From positions 682,001 to 746,000 of the forward strand of contig RSEE01000012.1 of assembly GCA_003971905.1 (NCBI GenBank): a stretch of 64,000 bases of DNA, written 5' to 3'. The notes beneath the pieces are model-generated. The model did not search any database and had not been told where the DNA came from. It was given only the letters and a program-made list of their open reading frames with translations. The translations under genes were made by a program, and so were the position numbers. Source of the stretch: Moniliella sp. 'wahieum'. Lineage: Eukaryota. Position 1 is the first letter of the stretch; the number at the start of each line of letters is the position of its first letter. This document shows positions 12,130-25,351 of the stretch, piece by piece.

Positions 12130-12678
12130 CCCTGAGGCCTGACACCGTTCTTTCTCTATTGCGTTATTGTTTCCCTTGTAGTCCCTTGTCTGTAAGCTAT
12201 GGTTCGTGGGTTTCTCTCACGGTCCATTGGCGCCTTCCCCTCCTGTTCTCCTAAATTGATCATCCCAACAGTACAGGCAATTTATCTTCTCCTTAGTTGC
12301 TCCCCGCTCCTCGACCTCGCCCCCCAGACCACGTATCCCGCTCTCAGCTTCTCAACCAGCCCAGTCATGCATGTCGTTCTCGCTCCACGTCAAAAAACCA
12401 AGTCCACCCCCACCGTGGGTCCCTTTCAAGCCACGCCGTCTCCAGTCCCACAGCCCAGCTTTTGCTCTGACAGTGTTTGTCCCCCCACTGTCACTACCCG
12501 TGTCCCTGAGCCCCCAAGGCACCAGACACGTTACTACCGCCCAATCCGGTACATCCGCACAGCCTTGCCACATCTGCAGTCGCCTCTACTAGTATAAGCA
12601 GAAAGGTGACTCCGTGTCCCTATACCTCCGCTCGAACACAACACTCAGCAACTCCCCGTGGCGGCGCTGGCCCGTGAC
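12130..12678 (+). mobile_element. Decayed solo copy of the LTR-like unit found at 37399-38245
   Basis: Colinear shared blocks: AATTGAT..CAGTACAGGCA, CGACCTCG, CAGTGTTTGTCC, AGACACGTTACTAC, CAGCCTTGCCACA, CTCCGCTCG, and the terminus GGCGGCGC..GCCCGTGAC. 5' limit uncertain. Confidence 0.7.
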
Positions 12679-14217
12679 GGTTTGAAGACCGGTTATCTGT
12701 TTTTGGTACGGACCCGTATGTGTTGTAACAATCAGTCTGACTGGCATACCGGTACTAAATCATGTCTGAATGATGGCCCTAATTTGATCCATCATGTTTT
12801 CTCTCCCGGGGGGATCACTTAGTTTGAGTATAAGTAAGGAAATAGCGAAGAAACGGGGAAAAGATCAGCTGAGAATATGTATGATAGAGAGCCAGAGAGA
12901 CGATAGAGGAGAAACATCGCGAGCGAGAAGAAAAAATGAAGGTGGCTGTGTGTGTGGAAGGGCGCCTCTAGACATTGGCCCAGGACAAACCCTCCTTCTT
13001 TTGCCACACCATTTTTTGACAAAAAGCCATGGCCTCTGCGGTTGTTCTGAAGCCCGAAGGAAGAGAGAGGGGAATTCAGGCAGCCACCGCACTTAGTTTC
13101 ACACCGTTTTCGACAGTCATCACGAGTTTGGCCCCTCCAATTTTTATTGAACCACTTTCGTTGGTACACAGCCGTCCGCAACGTCGACCGTGAAACCAAC
13201 GATTGAGTGCATAAGTAGCCTGCTAATCGGAATTTCTGGCTCCCAACCTATTGGACCTTGCGGGCCCCGCCGCAAGCTCGCCGTTAGACTTGAGGGGCAC
13301 AATCTTGTCGCAGCCTCGTCAGGACTGCGAGCCACAACCTGCTGAAGCAGATTGTGGCAACGCTGCCCAGCGGGGTTGTTGACAGATTGTGGCCTATAAG
13401 CTTGTCGCAACCAGTTGCCCCCCACATTTTAGTAGTCGCAATCTTGCCCGCCACCCTATTTCGCGACATTGTGAATAGCGACCAGCCTCGTTCCACATGT
13501 TAAAAGGGAAGGTTTGTCCAAGAATCGAACTTGTGGTTTCCCCAGCCGAAAGTACTAGACATAGACCGTTGCACCATAAAAACACAACTACTTTGAGGAG
13601 ATCAATGATTGATCCAATATTCGCATGTCCGTTTCACACGAACAGTCGCCAAAAACTTTGTAGATTGGTGAAGAGTATACATTGGAAGTTGGGCACAACG
13701 TGTCATAAAACATCATTCGTAGCCCATATCTAGAACCGTCTACTGTTAGAGGGTACTGCTAGGGTTCTCCTGCGCGGCCCTCAATGGATCGGTGACGCTC
13801 GCCTAGCCGAACGGAAGCGTTCCGCTCGCAGGCGCGCACGCCCTGCTCGCTCCATCCCTTCTCTCTCTCCTTTCTCCTTCCCTTCAGACGTTGCTTGAAG
13901 TTGTGGCTCACCACTTTGCCTTCACACCTTGTCTGAAGGCTGCTTTGCAGCTGATCCATAGGATCGCGAGTGCTCCCAAGTCGCACTCTAATCTACAGGT
14001 TCGTTGCTTGTTTATACTGCCCGCACAAGAGAGGGGATGGTCTGTACACTGCTGGTACCAAAATGGCCATATGTCAGCCGTCTCTCATTCGTTCTGGCTC
14101 AAATTTGGCACGTTGCCAGCGGTAAGCATATGCACTGCAGCGCGCGTACAGGCGTGCTATAGCACCAAATGAAGCACTGTGGTTTGGCCGACGATGCAGA
14201 CGACCATGCATGGTGAC

Positions 14218-14306
14218 ATGGGTGGTGGCGGTGGTGGTAGAGGCGGCGGGGGTGGCGGTAGGCGTGGGCGTGGCAGCGGCAGCGGCAGCGGCAGGCGGCA
14301 GGCAGG
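14218..14306. repeat. GGC/GGT and GGCAGC/GGCA simple-sequence repeat
   Basis: Run of ggtggtggcggtggtgg...ggcagcggcagcggcagcggcaggcggcaggcagg seen directly. Confidence 0.7.
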
Positions 14307-14946
14307 CCAGCCGGCTCGTCCGCGATCCACGCCAGCCTCAACGCGGCCAATTCAAGCCGACCAGATCTAGAACACGCCAAAGGGAAAGAGGCGCAGTTTA
14401 CAATATATAAGACGGAACGCCACATCTGTGTACGATACTTCGGATCCAGGAGCAGTCTAACCGTCTAATCCTAATATTTGAGCTTCTCCTCTAGTCCTCT
14501 GCCCACATGCCTGTAGTATAGTCCGAGAGAATGATATAGGGTTATGTCTTTTGTGGTGCACTATGAGAAGGTGGTTGACTTGCAAGGGCACTGTGACAAA
14601 GGCCAGAGTCAGAGTTGGGCGGGGAGTGGTGAGTGATCCTGCGCCGTCTCATGTTGTTGTAGGTGTCAGGGTTTTGGTGAGTGTTGTGCCGCATCATGCA
14701 TCACTGACGTCCTGCTGTAGCTTTCACAGGAGTTCCTTCAGATCTTCTGAGGCGTGTGTACCTCATGCAGTAATGCAGTACACAAGAGCCAAAACAGCGT
14801 GTGCATGTCTCCATTCGTATAGATCTCTACTATATACGCTGACACACAACACTTCCCTATATATACATACGGCTCAGGCCTCTGCTGTATGATTAAAGTT
14901 CACCCCCTTCTCATTTTGTTCACCACCACCACTAGTCCCATCCACG

Positions 14947-17592
14947 ATGCAAGCTCATGACTTTTACCAGTCCTATGAAGACCACTTCCCCTCCTGGCAT
15001 GATTATGATGGCGAGGATAACAGCCGAAATGTTGCTTCCTCGCATGACTCCAGATCATTGGCGCCACCACTCACCGCCTCTGAGCAGAATGATGTGTCTC
15101 TGGCCGATGCTGCTGGGAAGCCCAATGCACTGCCCAAGCCAGTGTCGGTACCAGTGCCCATGATGCCAGAAGAACCAGAGCCAGTGTGGATGGGCCATCA
15201 GGCATCTGCTGCTCGCAACACCAGGATGAACGACACTGTCACTCATCCCTTGTCGCAGCCACCATTGCATCCTCAGCCGAAGGTCGCGCCTCAAACAATA
15301 GCTTCTTCTTTTTCTGATGGGGCTAGCACTTTCCAGGGTTCGCTCACCAGCAGCCAAGGTACCACCTTCCCATCTTCGTCGAAGTCCACCGCTCAGGTCC
15401 GGCTGCCTAGGTTGACCGTCATACATGAGTATTCGGCCAATAACTCAGACGAAGAGCAGTCGGGCCGCCTTCTGACCTCGTACTTCGACGATCGGTCTGC
15501 CAGCATGCATTACGACCTGAACGCGAGCGAGTCGATGCTCCACCATAGACATCCATTCCCTACCAGCGACTTCCCTTCATTATTCGATGGTGCTTCGGTC
15601 CTTGGAGAAACACGACAGGACACTGCTTCCTTCGTCATGGAATCATTGGGCGAAGACGAACAATCGCCAGAGCAGATGGAACTGTTAAGAGAAGGCGAGT
15701 CCAATCAGTTCGAATACAAAGGGAGAGCCCACCCCAATGTCCGGGCTAGCGTGCCATCAGATGATGATCCCAAGTTGCGTATCCACACCCTTCGTGTATG
15801 GCTCTTAGGCCCATTGTTTGCGATGGGCTTTTCCTATCTCTATGCCGCCTTTATCTTACGCTGGTGGACCACTACTGCAATTCAGTCAGCTGTGCTGGTA
15901 CAGATATTTGTTGGCCCTTGGGCTTTCTTATGTCCAAGGTACCATATCCTTCCTCTTGGCCTCTCGCTTGGTTCATTAACCCAGGTCCCTTCAACATCAA
16001 GGAGCACGCGCTCATTTGCATCATGGCCACGGTTAGTATCGGACCTTCGTTGTCGCTCGATGTGCTGATGATTCACAAATATGCGATCCTAAACTTTCCG
16101 GCGCCGAAAGGGTACAAGGTTCTCTTAATGATTTCCAGTTCTTGTATGGGTCTGTCGTATGCAGGACTGTTTTACCGCACACTTGTCTTGCCTGGACGAA
16201 TGCTATGGCCCACCGTGCTCTCCACCTCAGCTTTGCTCACCACGCTGCACCGCGTACGCGCTAGCAACTGGCCCCGTCAAAAGGTGTTTTATGTTACGCT
16301 TGTGCTTGCCTTTGGCTGGGCCTGGGTGTCAGGTTATGCCTTTCGGCTTTGCAGGCAGTTGCGTACGTTATTTGCCATGTTTTTGCTCTCAGACACCGAG
16401 GTGGACTACTACTAACCGACTTTCATGCCCCTTTACTATACTTATTCGCTGTGTGGCGATGCCCGGGCGACTGCGCGCTTCAATAATTATACACGCATCT
16501 AATACCAGATGGATCCCTTGGTGTGCTCCCCGTCCATACACCCCTAACCTCCTCTTTGGTGGCCAGGGTGGTATGGGTCTCTGGCCTACGTTTTCGCTTG
16601 ATTGGATCACCATCTGCGAATCTTTGCCGTCTCCTCTCATCACGCCATTCTTTGCTCAAATCAACATGGTGATCGGATACCTCATCTTTGTTGGAGTGTG
16701 GTGGCATGTGGCACCACTTGGTGTGATGGCTGGATCGGCCATGTCGCTGGCAAGCGGAACTGGCTATAGAGTTCCGCAACTCGTGCGCTCCGGATTGGTT
16801 ACCGTCGCGCCCTCGTTCCCCTCCTTCCTCTTCTCCCTGTTGCATTGAAGGTTGGATTAGCGTCAGGAGCTTACAAGAAGCTATCTCTGACTGTTCCCAC
16901 CCTGCACAGTGCAATCGTCCTTAGCTTGGTAGCGTAGCTACTTCTCAGTTAAACGTTAACGGACAACCGCGGTTCTGGGCTCTCACTGGTGTGACCGATT
17001 CATCGCGCTCACCCATTGATCGCCCGGTCTAGTGTTTCACCCTAGCCCCCCAATCTTTCAATCCCTTGCTGGCTATTATGTTATTATGGCGTGACCCTAC
17101 CGGCACCTCTGGATCAGTTCAAAGTCCGTCGGCTCTGTGATGTAATTCACACACCGTTGATATTGACCGCTGTTCCCCATACATACGGTTTTTATCCTGT
17201 GTCTGTGACCAGCTGGGCCTGGGTCGGACTCCTTGCTCGGTTCAACGTTCACCCTGAATCGCAGTCGATTGAGGAACTACTTTGCGGCACTGAGCTACGT
17301 CTTGTCATCCTCTTTGTACACGGGTTCGGCTGCCAGCTACTTTCTCCTCTATTTGATCCCCATGTTTTGGGCAAATAGCTATGGCACACCCATAATACCT
17401 TCACCAGAGTGGTGGGGGACCCAGATTCAATTGACCCCGAATGAGGCTCGATCAGCTCCTGGCTCAATCACAGGGGAGCCGTCCTTGTTTTGGAGAATCC
17501 TTCTCACCTCTTTCATTCCCGTGCAGGTGCTTTTGCCCCTGCCCCCAATGGCCTGTGGCTTCCACGGCCTTCTCCCCACCCTTAAGTTTTAG
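14947..17592 (+). CDS. OPT-family oligopeptide transporter with long N-terminal extension; C-terminal half not traceable (possible pseudogene)
   Basis: HPNVRASVPSDDDP..HTLRVWLLG, INPGPFNIKEHALICIMA (NPG motif), GLSYAGLFYRTLVLPGRMLWP, GMGLWPTFSLDW, SPLITPFFAQIN. Signal decays after about 16700; end coordinate tentative. Confidence 0.7.
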
Positions 17593-18435
17593 GGAATGCA
17601 AGTGCATGCACCACCTGCTTGTCAATTTAATGTTGAGCGGGTGTCTACATTCTCTCTCTCCGTTCTTTGGTTTGCTCTTCTTTTCCCTACCTGAATTTGT
17701 CCGACTTGGACACGTCCACCCTACCTGGTCACTATATATCAGTATACTCTCTCAAGCAGGCAGGCTGAACCCAAATATATGCTCTATAAGTCTGACATTG
17801 TACGGGTAGTAGTAGACCGATGATTGGAAACACATGCACCCCCCACACCACATGAGTCGATGTTGGCATGGGAGATCCACCGGCCATTTGTTTGCACGTC
17901 GAGCGATTCCTCGTCGCCATGAATCATTCCTGTTCGCTTTGATTCCCCTGCGTCCCAGACGACAGAATTTTGATGAGGACAACTACAGTAATGGCGGACA
18001 ATATACGCCGCGTATGTGGCCACATGGTTCAAAGAAGGCTCCATACATTGAATGTGGGACAACACCTGAGTCGATACGGACATATTGCCTCTCAGTGCCA
18101 CACCACAATGGTCTGTGACTAGCTCTACGCTTGCCACGCCATTGGCTCCATATCGACAAAACCATTGAATGGCTTAATGATCCTGATCTAACTGATGGAC
18201 GTCGTTACAATTGCGAAAGCGGTGACAAGAAGCATGGAAGCAAGACGAGCGGAGCCCGCAGAAAAGATTGAGTGGAAAGACAGAGATGGGGGGAGGGAGG
18301 GCGACGAACAAATGGGATGCGATGGTCTTCGCTTCCAAGCGTAACGGGACCGAGTCTCGCAAGAGAAGGGTAGCTATGGACAAGAACAGAGGACACAACA
18401 TGGCAACAAAAACGAGCCACGACCGCACAGTACAG

Positions 18436-20049
18436 TCACTCGTGAGGTGGAGGAAGCAGGGCTGTGCGTTCGGTCGCCTCGTGCCTCGATCCCGTGGGCG
18501 GGGGGTCGGGCACGCCCATCAGACCAGCAGTAGGGGAGGGGGTAGACGGACCAGGGATGACAGGGTGCGGGGCAAAGGGCTCGGTCACGTCGCGCTTGCA
18601 CACGGGACAAATGCCTTTCTGACCCAACAGCCAATCGTCCACTTCGGTCTGATGAAAGATATGCCCACAGGGCAGCACACGCACTCGCTCCCCCTCGAGA
18701 AAGTGGCCTAGACAGATGGCACACTCGTGTGAGTAAAACCACCTCCGCCCTGGCGGAAGCAACGCGACCGTTTCCGGCGTCAACGTCCCCTCCTCCACTG
18801 CATGAGGGGTAATCGCACCGGGTGCCAGCGTCTCCACGTCCTCCTCCGGCTCGGGCATGCAGGCGGTTGAGGACTCGCCTTCCTGCTGGCGTTGACGCGG
18901 CTCGATCGGATCCGCCTTTTCCCAAGGAACGCCATTGCCATGCACAATGAGGCAGGGGAGGTTGTTGACGACCAACTTGGGGGCCCGTTCGCGCCTCCGC
19001 ATCTGCGCACGCCGGAAGCGATGCAGACTGATGGTCAAGAGCGTCAGGAGAGAAGGGAGCAGAACGATCACCACATGTACCAAGGGGCTAGAGAGAAGTG
19101 TGTCAGTTCAACCGAGAGAAGCAAGTGAAGAAAAAAGGAGACGGGAGGAGCGGAAAGGAGAGAGAGCACACACCGTTCCCACAATGTGTCGTCCTGGGAC
19201 AGGATAATCTCGATGCCATTCGGCGCTGGCTGGTCGACAAGCAGCGGGTCCGAGGCATAGTCGGACTTGAGGTCGTAGATGAGACGGCGCAAGTCCAAGA
19301 AACTGGGTCGGGTGATAAAGGTGGAAGGAATGACGACATCCGAGGCGTCGTTGGACGCAAACATGGTAACCAGGCGCTTGTTGGCCAACCCGGGGTCGGT
19401 ATCCGAGCCCGGATGCTGGCTTGGATCCCAGTCGGGGCTCGGAGCGTCGCCTACCACCACCGCCGTCGCACCCAACGACTGGGACAGCCGCACCTTGTCA
19501 ACAAACGAACAGTTTCCCCCGCGCTCCACAAGCGCAATCCAATCCTTGGGCGGGGTTGGGATGTGGGACAAGGATGGATCGGGAGATTTGGGCGTCAGGC
19601 GGGCAGGCGTACATGGCCTGTTGCCCCTGCTCTGGGTCCGACTCACTGCCGGGCGCAAGGCGAAAAGAGGAGATGGGAATCAAGGTGCCTCGTTTGCCCT
19701 CTGGGTCGGTCACCCGGGGACCAAAGGCGGCAGTGCGAGTAAAGTAGGTCGCCTGCGTCCGCACCACTTCCAACGTGCTGCCCAGCAGGGGGGCAAACAT
19801 GTCGTCCGGGCCATCGGGGATCCAATCCGAGTCGAGCCAACGGCCCGCATCAGCAAGCAGGGCGGGGTGGTGAGCAGAGGGGTGGGCGAGGTGGCGTCGA
19901 GTGCGTCCAGCTTGGGCAGGTGGAGGAGAGAGGGCAGGAGGGGTGAGGGACATGGGGTCGGGCAGCGCGGCGCCGAGGGCGAGGGCGGCGGCGGGGGCAA
20001 GGAGGAGGGTGGCCCATTGGGCGCGCTTGGGTGTGGGAGGAAGGAGCAT
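18436..20049 (-). CDS. PA-domain / TM / RING-H2 E3 ubiquitin ligase (RNF13/GRAIL-like)
   Basis: Signal-like N-terminus; [37 protein letters not shown] (PA domain); [23 protein letters not shown]2 [25 protein letters not shown]...CPVCK. Intron about 19088-19174. Confidence 0.9.
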
Positions 20050-21602
20050 GTGACGGTGGTGGTGGTGTGGTGGTGGAGGCGGTGCTGGGGGGGGCGCACG
20101 TCAAGCGGGGATGTGCTGGGACATGAGCCAGCTGCTGCTATCAGGCTGAGTGGCGTGGCGGTTAAGTGGCTGCGCTGCTGCTGCTGATTGATGCGATGGT
20201 ACAAAGTGAGCTGCGTTTGGGCCCCACAGTGGCCGCGTGCCCCGGCCTCGACACGCAGCTGAAATTGCAAGTGGGGATGACATCACACTCTGTCTTTTGT
20301 TTGCGGCTGGGCTGCAGGCCAGTCAGATCGTCCCGGTGCTCCCACACGCCTGCCCCCGCCATGAGCAGCACCCCCGCACTAACCCACACCCCGTATCCTC
20401 GCCGCCCATGGGGCCCACTGGTTGCCCGCCATCCGGAAGGAGCCAGCGTGTGGGTCTTACGAAGGTGTACAGAGCCTCCTTCGTTTCTTTCGGCGCGCTA
20501 TGTACCCCAGCTATGTCTTTTGCGTTTGGCCCTCAGCGCCTCAGCCCTCGCTGTGATGGCTCAGCTTCAGGCCCTCAGGCCTCCGGGTGGAGGAGATGTT
20601 ATAAAAGGACGTCTATCACCTCGTGCTCCTTCGCCAGCTGGGGGCTCTATTTACCTCAGCCACCTCGTCTCCTCTGTCCTTGAGGCTTGGCGCACCATCT
20701 CGTCAAACCTCTCTCGGGCGTCCCATTCCAGAGCGCGTGATAGGTTTGGTCTCTGTTCAGTACGTTCATCGGATGTGAACACACACCACCGTGAGAGCCC
20801 ACAGAAACGGCACATGCTAGCAGAAGCGGCACGGCCGGAATGGCAATAAGCGCATGACAAATGACGCGTCGGCGGCCAGAGGACGTCAAAGTGCCAGCGC
20901 GGGAGGGGGATGATCTTCGATAAGTAATGAGTTCGCTCCGCTTTTGTTGTATCGCAGATCTAGATCTAGCCAGCAATACCCCGAGATGGGCCGTAGAAAT
21001 GGCCTCAGAGCACAGCAACGTCACAACACCACCAGTAATCAAGGATCCGGCATCATCCCTAGCGTGGATACGGCGAATCGCGAGACGTTCGAGGCGACCA
21101 GCTGGAGAGGCTTCAGGCCTCAGGCTTGAAGTGGTCTGGCTTGGTGGACAGGGGAGATGGGGTGGCGGCGGTGCTGGCAGAGCAGACGTTGGTGTGTTGG
21201 GCCGCAGCGAGGACTGCATCCTCGCCAGTGCGAGTGCGCGCACACTGCACACCCACCATCCAACCAGTCTCGTGTCTCCACGGGAACGCCGCGCCAGGTT
21301 TCAATGTTCACTTGGTGTTCACCACCGCGGAGCGGCTCGCCGCTTGAGGCCGCCGAAGCGCTCAGCCGGAGGCGCGATCATCCGACGAGCACATCAGGCA
21401 CCACGCGTCACATGTCGCATCCCACCCAGCGGGCCTGCCGTGCACACAGCGCAGATGGGACCGAGCACAGCATCAGTGTCGCATGCTGGCCCATAGTCAG
21501 AAGTTCCTCGCGAACCCCATTGTTGCCTGCCGGGTGTCTGCCCCTAACCCTCTTTCTGCCTCTTCCCTCCTCCGCCCGCTCCGCGTCCTCTGTCTTGCCA
21601 GC

Positions 21603-24600
21603 ATGGCCAACCGAGCGCCGACTGTGCGCATCCCCATCCTCCACGCCAATGATGTGTACCGCATCCGCCAAAAGGTCCCCACCCCGCACGGCCCCAAGGA
21701 CTTTTTTGCCGACCAGTTCGTCTCGCGGGCGCATGCCGTGCGCGCCAAGTGGCCCGCCGCCGCGTCGGGCCAGGCCAACGACCTGCCCGGCCTTTCCCTC
21801 TTCTCAGGCGACGTGTTCAATCCAAGCGTCGAGTCAGTCATCACGCGTGGAGAGCACATGGTCGCGCCCATGAACGCAATGAAGTGGAGCTGCGCGTGCC
21901 CAGGAAACCACGACTTTGACGGCTCGGCCCCGCTGCTGCAGCATCTCATCAGCGAAACCAACTTCCCCTGGGTCTTTAGCAATGTCGTCGACACTACCGG
22001 TTCTGGTAAGCTCAAGCTCTGCCCCGAACTGGGCACCAATGTGTCCCAGTTGGACCAGACGCTGCCCTGGTGGACCTGTACGGTCCAGGGCGTCAAGGTG
22101 GGCGTTGTGGCCCTGGTCGAGGCGGACTGGATTTCAACGATCCCCTCCTGGCCTCCAGAGGTTTGTCCCTTACTCCCATCCCCCTCGTTATCGCCCCCTC
22201 CCCCTCCCCACCGATCCCATCTGCATGAACTAACTTCCCATCCCCACGTCCCCTGCACAGTACGAGTACCGGGACATGATCAAGGTGGCCAAGATCTACT
22301 CGTCTCAACTCAGGAAGGAACACGGTTGCGAATTGGTCATTGCCCTCACCCACAGCCGCTTGCCCAACGACATCAAGCTTGCCTTGGCCACTGGGTGTGT
22401 CCGCTCCTCTCAGCGTCCCGCGGAGCAGCAGGGCGACCACCTTGACCTGATCCTAGGCGGGCATGACCACTTTTACTACGCTGGCAATGGCTTTGATTCA
22501 TTCACTGGCACCGCATTCGAAGTGCAAGCCGGTTCGGAGGACGACAAGAACGCTATGATTCTCAAAAGTGGCACCGATTTCCGCGACTTGTCCGAAGTCT
22601 GGCTCGAGGTCGGCCTGCCCCCGGAGCGAAGGACGGGGCGAGTCGGGTGATTCTTCAGGCGGACGTGACTCGTTTCCAGCCCAACCCGATTGACGACGCT
22701 CGTTTTCCTGGTCTGGATCGGGAAATCGATCAGGTCTTGGCCAAGATTTCCAAGGCGACCGACGAGCCCATTGTGATGTCCCTGACGCCATGGGACTGTC
22801 GGTCGGAGAAACTGCGGACCGAGGAGACGGCGATTGGCGATTTTATTTCCGACATTTGCCTCACGGCGTACGACGAACTGTTGAGCCAAAAGTTCCCTGC
22901 CGGCCTCCGGGACGGCGGCAAGTGGATGTGGCTCTGCTCTGTGGTGGGCGATTCGATCGGATACGCTCTTCCCTCCAGGAAAGCGGACGATTGGGGACGT
23001 GCTGGAGGTCCTACCTTTCTCCGACCCGGTGGTGGTGATCGAGCTTACGGGGAACAATTGCTGGAAGCGCTGGAGACGAGTTTGAGCAAGTACCCAGAGC
23101 AAGAAGGTCGGTTCCCTGTGATTGGGGGCATGGCGGTCAAGTGGGACTCGCGTCGGCCGCCAGGCCAGCGGGTGCTGACGGCGCGCTTGCTGCTGGATGG
23201 TCACTTGTTCACCGAGCCCGCGTCTGGGGGCGAAGCAAGTGTCAGGGCATACGATCTGGCGCCGCAGACCCAAGCTACCAGCCTGTCCGAGTTTGGAACC
23301 AAGTGGACCGTGTACCATTCCAGCATGCAGTTGGGTCCCGACATTGATCCCACCGAGACCTACCGCGTCGTCTCGCGCGAATATATGGTTCAAGGCTTTG
23401 ACGGGTTTGAAGTGCTGACCAAGGGCAAGATGTTGATTGACGATGAGAATGGAGGCGTGCTCATGTCGCAGTTGGTGCGCAAGTACTTTATGGGCTGCGC
23501 GTACTTGCTGCGCATGCGCACCCTCCGCGCCAAGTACCCCGAAACCCCCGCCAGTGTCGCACCCAGCGCGGTGCCCAGCGCGGCGCCCACGCCCTCCCCG
23601 ACGCCCACCCCGCCACGTCCTCCTCGACCCTGACCACGCCCAACCAGAGTTCGGTTTCGCTCGCCATGACCCCGACCGAAGCCCGCACCGATCCGGCCCC
23701 CATCCGCCCGCTTCCCAAAGATGCCCGCCTCTCGGTACCAGACCTCAGTAACCATACCTTGACCAGCTTGACTAGCGGGACCCCCCGGCTGCTCAGCCGT
23801 CCCGCTCCTCATCCCATGAACGTAACCCTTCTGCCAGTGTGGGCGACGAAGGGGCCACCACACCCCACGGACACCACACGCTTCGTCCGAGTCACACACC
23901 CCATCTCCATTCTCATCACTCTCATCATCACCATCATCAGCAGCAGCCGCACCATTCCCACCACCACCATTCCCATCTACACCATCCTCACCGCCCGCGC
24001 ACGCCGCATCATGGATTCCCCACTACGTCACGTGCGCGCCAAGCGCTGGACCGGTGGCTGCGGCTTACGCCTGACAGTTCGGGGGACACGAAGGCGGACG
24101 CCCCCGCCTCCGCTTCCTCTTCCCCGTCTGAGGACGAGACTGGTGCGCAGCGCACCCTGTTGGCCCGCTCGCCCGCTGCCTCGGCACAGAGCCTAGCGGA
24201 GCACGGGAAAGAACTGTGGGCGCATCTGCGGCAGGCGGTGGTGGACAACTCCACCTCGGGCCGGCACCATGCGTTTTATATTGCCGATACCGAGGTGCAC
24301 GAGGATCCGAGTACGTTAGCGTGGGCGAGCCAAGTGCGTGGGCAGGCGAAAGAAGGAGATGCTGACTGTGATTCTAGTTTCCAACATGTTCTCGCCTGCC
24401 AAGAAGCCGGCGGCGGAGGCGGAGGCGGGTCGGCAGAGCAACCCGCGCCGATGGGTGGCCGCGATGGGAGGATGGGGATGGCGGCAAGGTGCTGACAGAG
24501 TCGGTGACGCTGGATGCGCAGACGGCGGCGGAGGTGACAGACACGCAGACGGACGCCAACTTGGCGGTGGTGGCGCCGCTGATGGATGGGCGGCTGGTGG

Positions 24601-24614
24601 ATGTGGCGCGCTGA
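21603..24614 (+). CDS. 5'-nucleotidase family protein (calcineurin-like metallophosphoesterase plus 5'-NT C-terminal domain), no signal peptide
   Basis: HANDVY, SGDVFNPS, GNHDFD, ALTHSR, LILGGHDH, KSGTDF, RTEETAIGDF, QEGRFPVIGG, WDSRRPPGQRV, YMVQGFDGF; ends VVAPLMDGRLVDVAR* (TGA 24612-24614). Intron 22161-22260. Confidence 0.9.
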
Positions 24615-25351
24615 ACGTGTTGCCACGTGGCTGGCTTGGTCTTCTTCAGTCAGCCTACCTACTACTCAGAAGCTTTTGTTTTCTTCTTGTAGCAACGCCT
24701 GTATTTGCCTTACCTCCACCTGTAATCCCGCTCCCGCTTATACTCGATCCTCCTCTCTCTCGCCGCTGTATTCGCTGTCTGCATCGCAGAGACGGTTGTG
24801 TCTCGCTCGCGTTCTGGCATCCTTGCGTCGCTACAGACGCAGGCCAAGCTGCGCTTGTCGAGCCTGCTCAGGCCCAGGCCCAGCAGCTGGCTCGGCGGCT
24901 CAGCCCCGTACGCGTTGCGGCGCCCCAGCGTACGATACGCCGCGTCACGTGAGCCCGCCGACGCTGAAACGTTCATTAATCATTGCGCGCCGCTCGCCTG
25001 CGTGATGCATGACAGCAACCAGTGATTTGCCCCACACAATGCCCATGACACTGACTGAATCGCAATGAAGACCGCTGCCTGTCGCACCCAGCAAGGGCTG
25101 CAACCCCGCACATGGCAAGAACCTCCTTCGACCTACTGGTAGTTGTGCTCCCCAGTAGCACTGGGGCCATTTGTGTTGGTTGGGCCCAGTGATGCCCCCC
25201 TTTCTTGTGCTTTTTCCGCGCGTGTCCTAGACTTATGCGGATAGAGGCGCTACATCGAAATACCCACGCGCGACGAAAGCGGATTCCCACAGCAGAGGCA
25301 GAGAGCGATGGGAAAGTAGTGTTCGTATTGGAGAAGATGCAACTGATTTTG

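Noticed and set aside
14179..14410. Gly/Arg-rich short ORFs
   Set aside because: Explained by a GGC/GGCAGC microsatellite.
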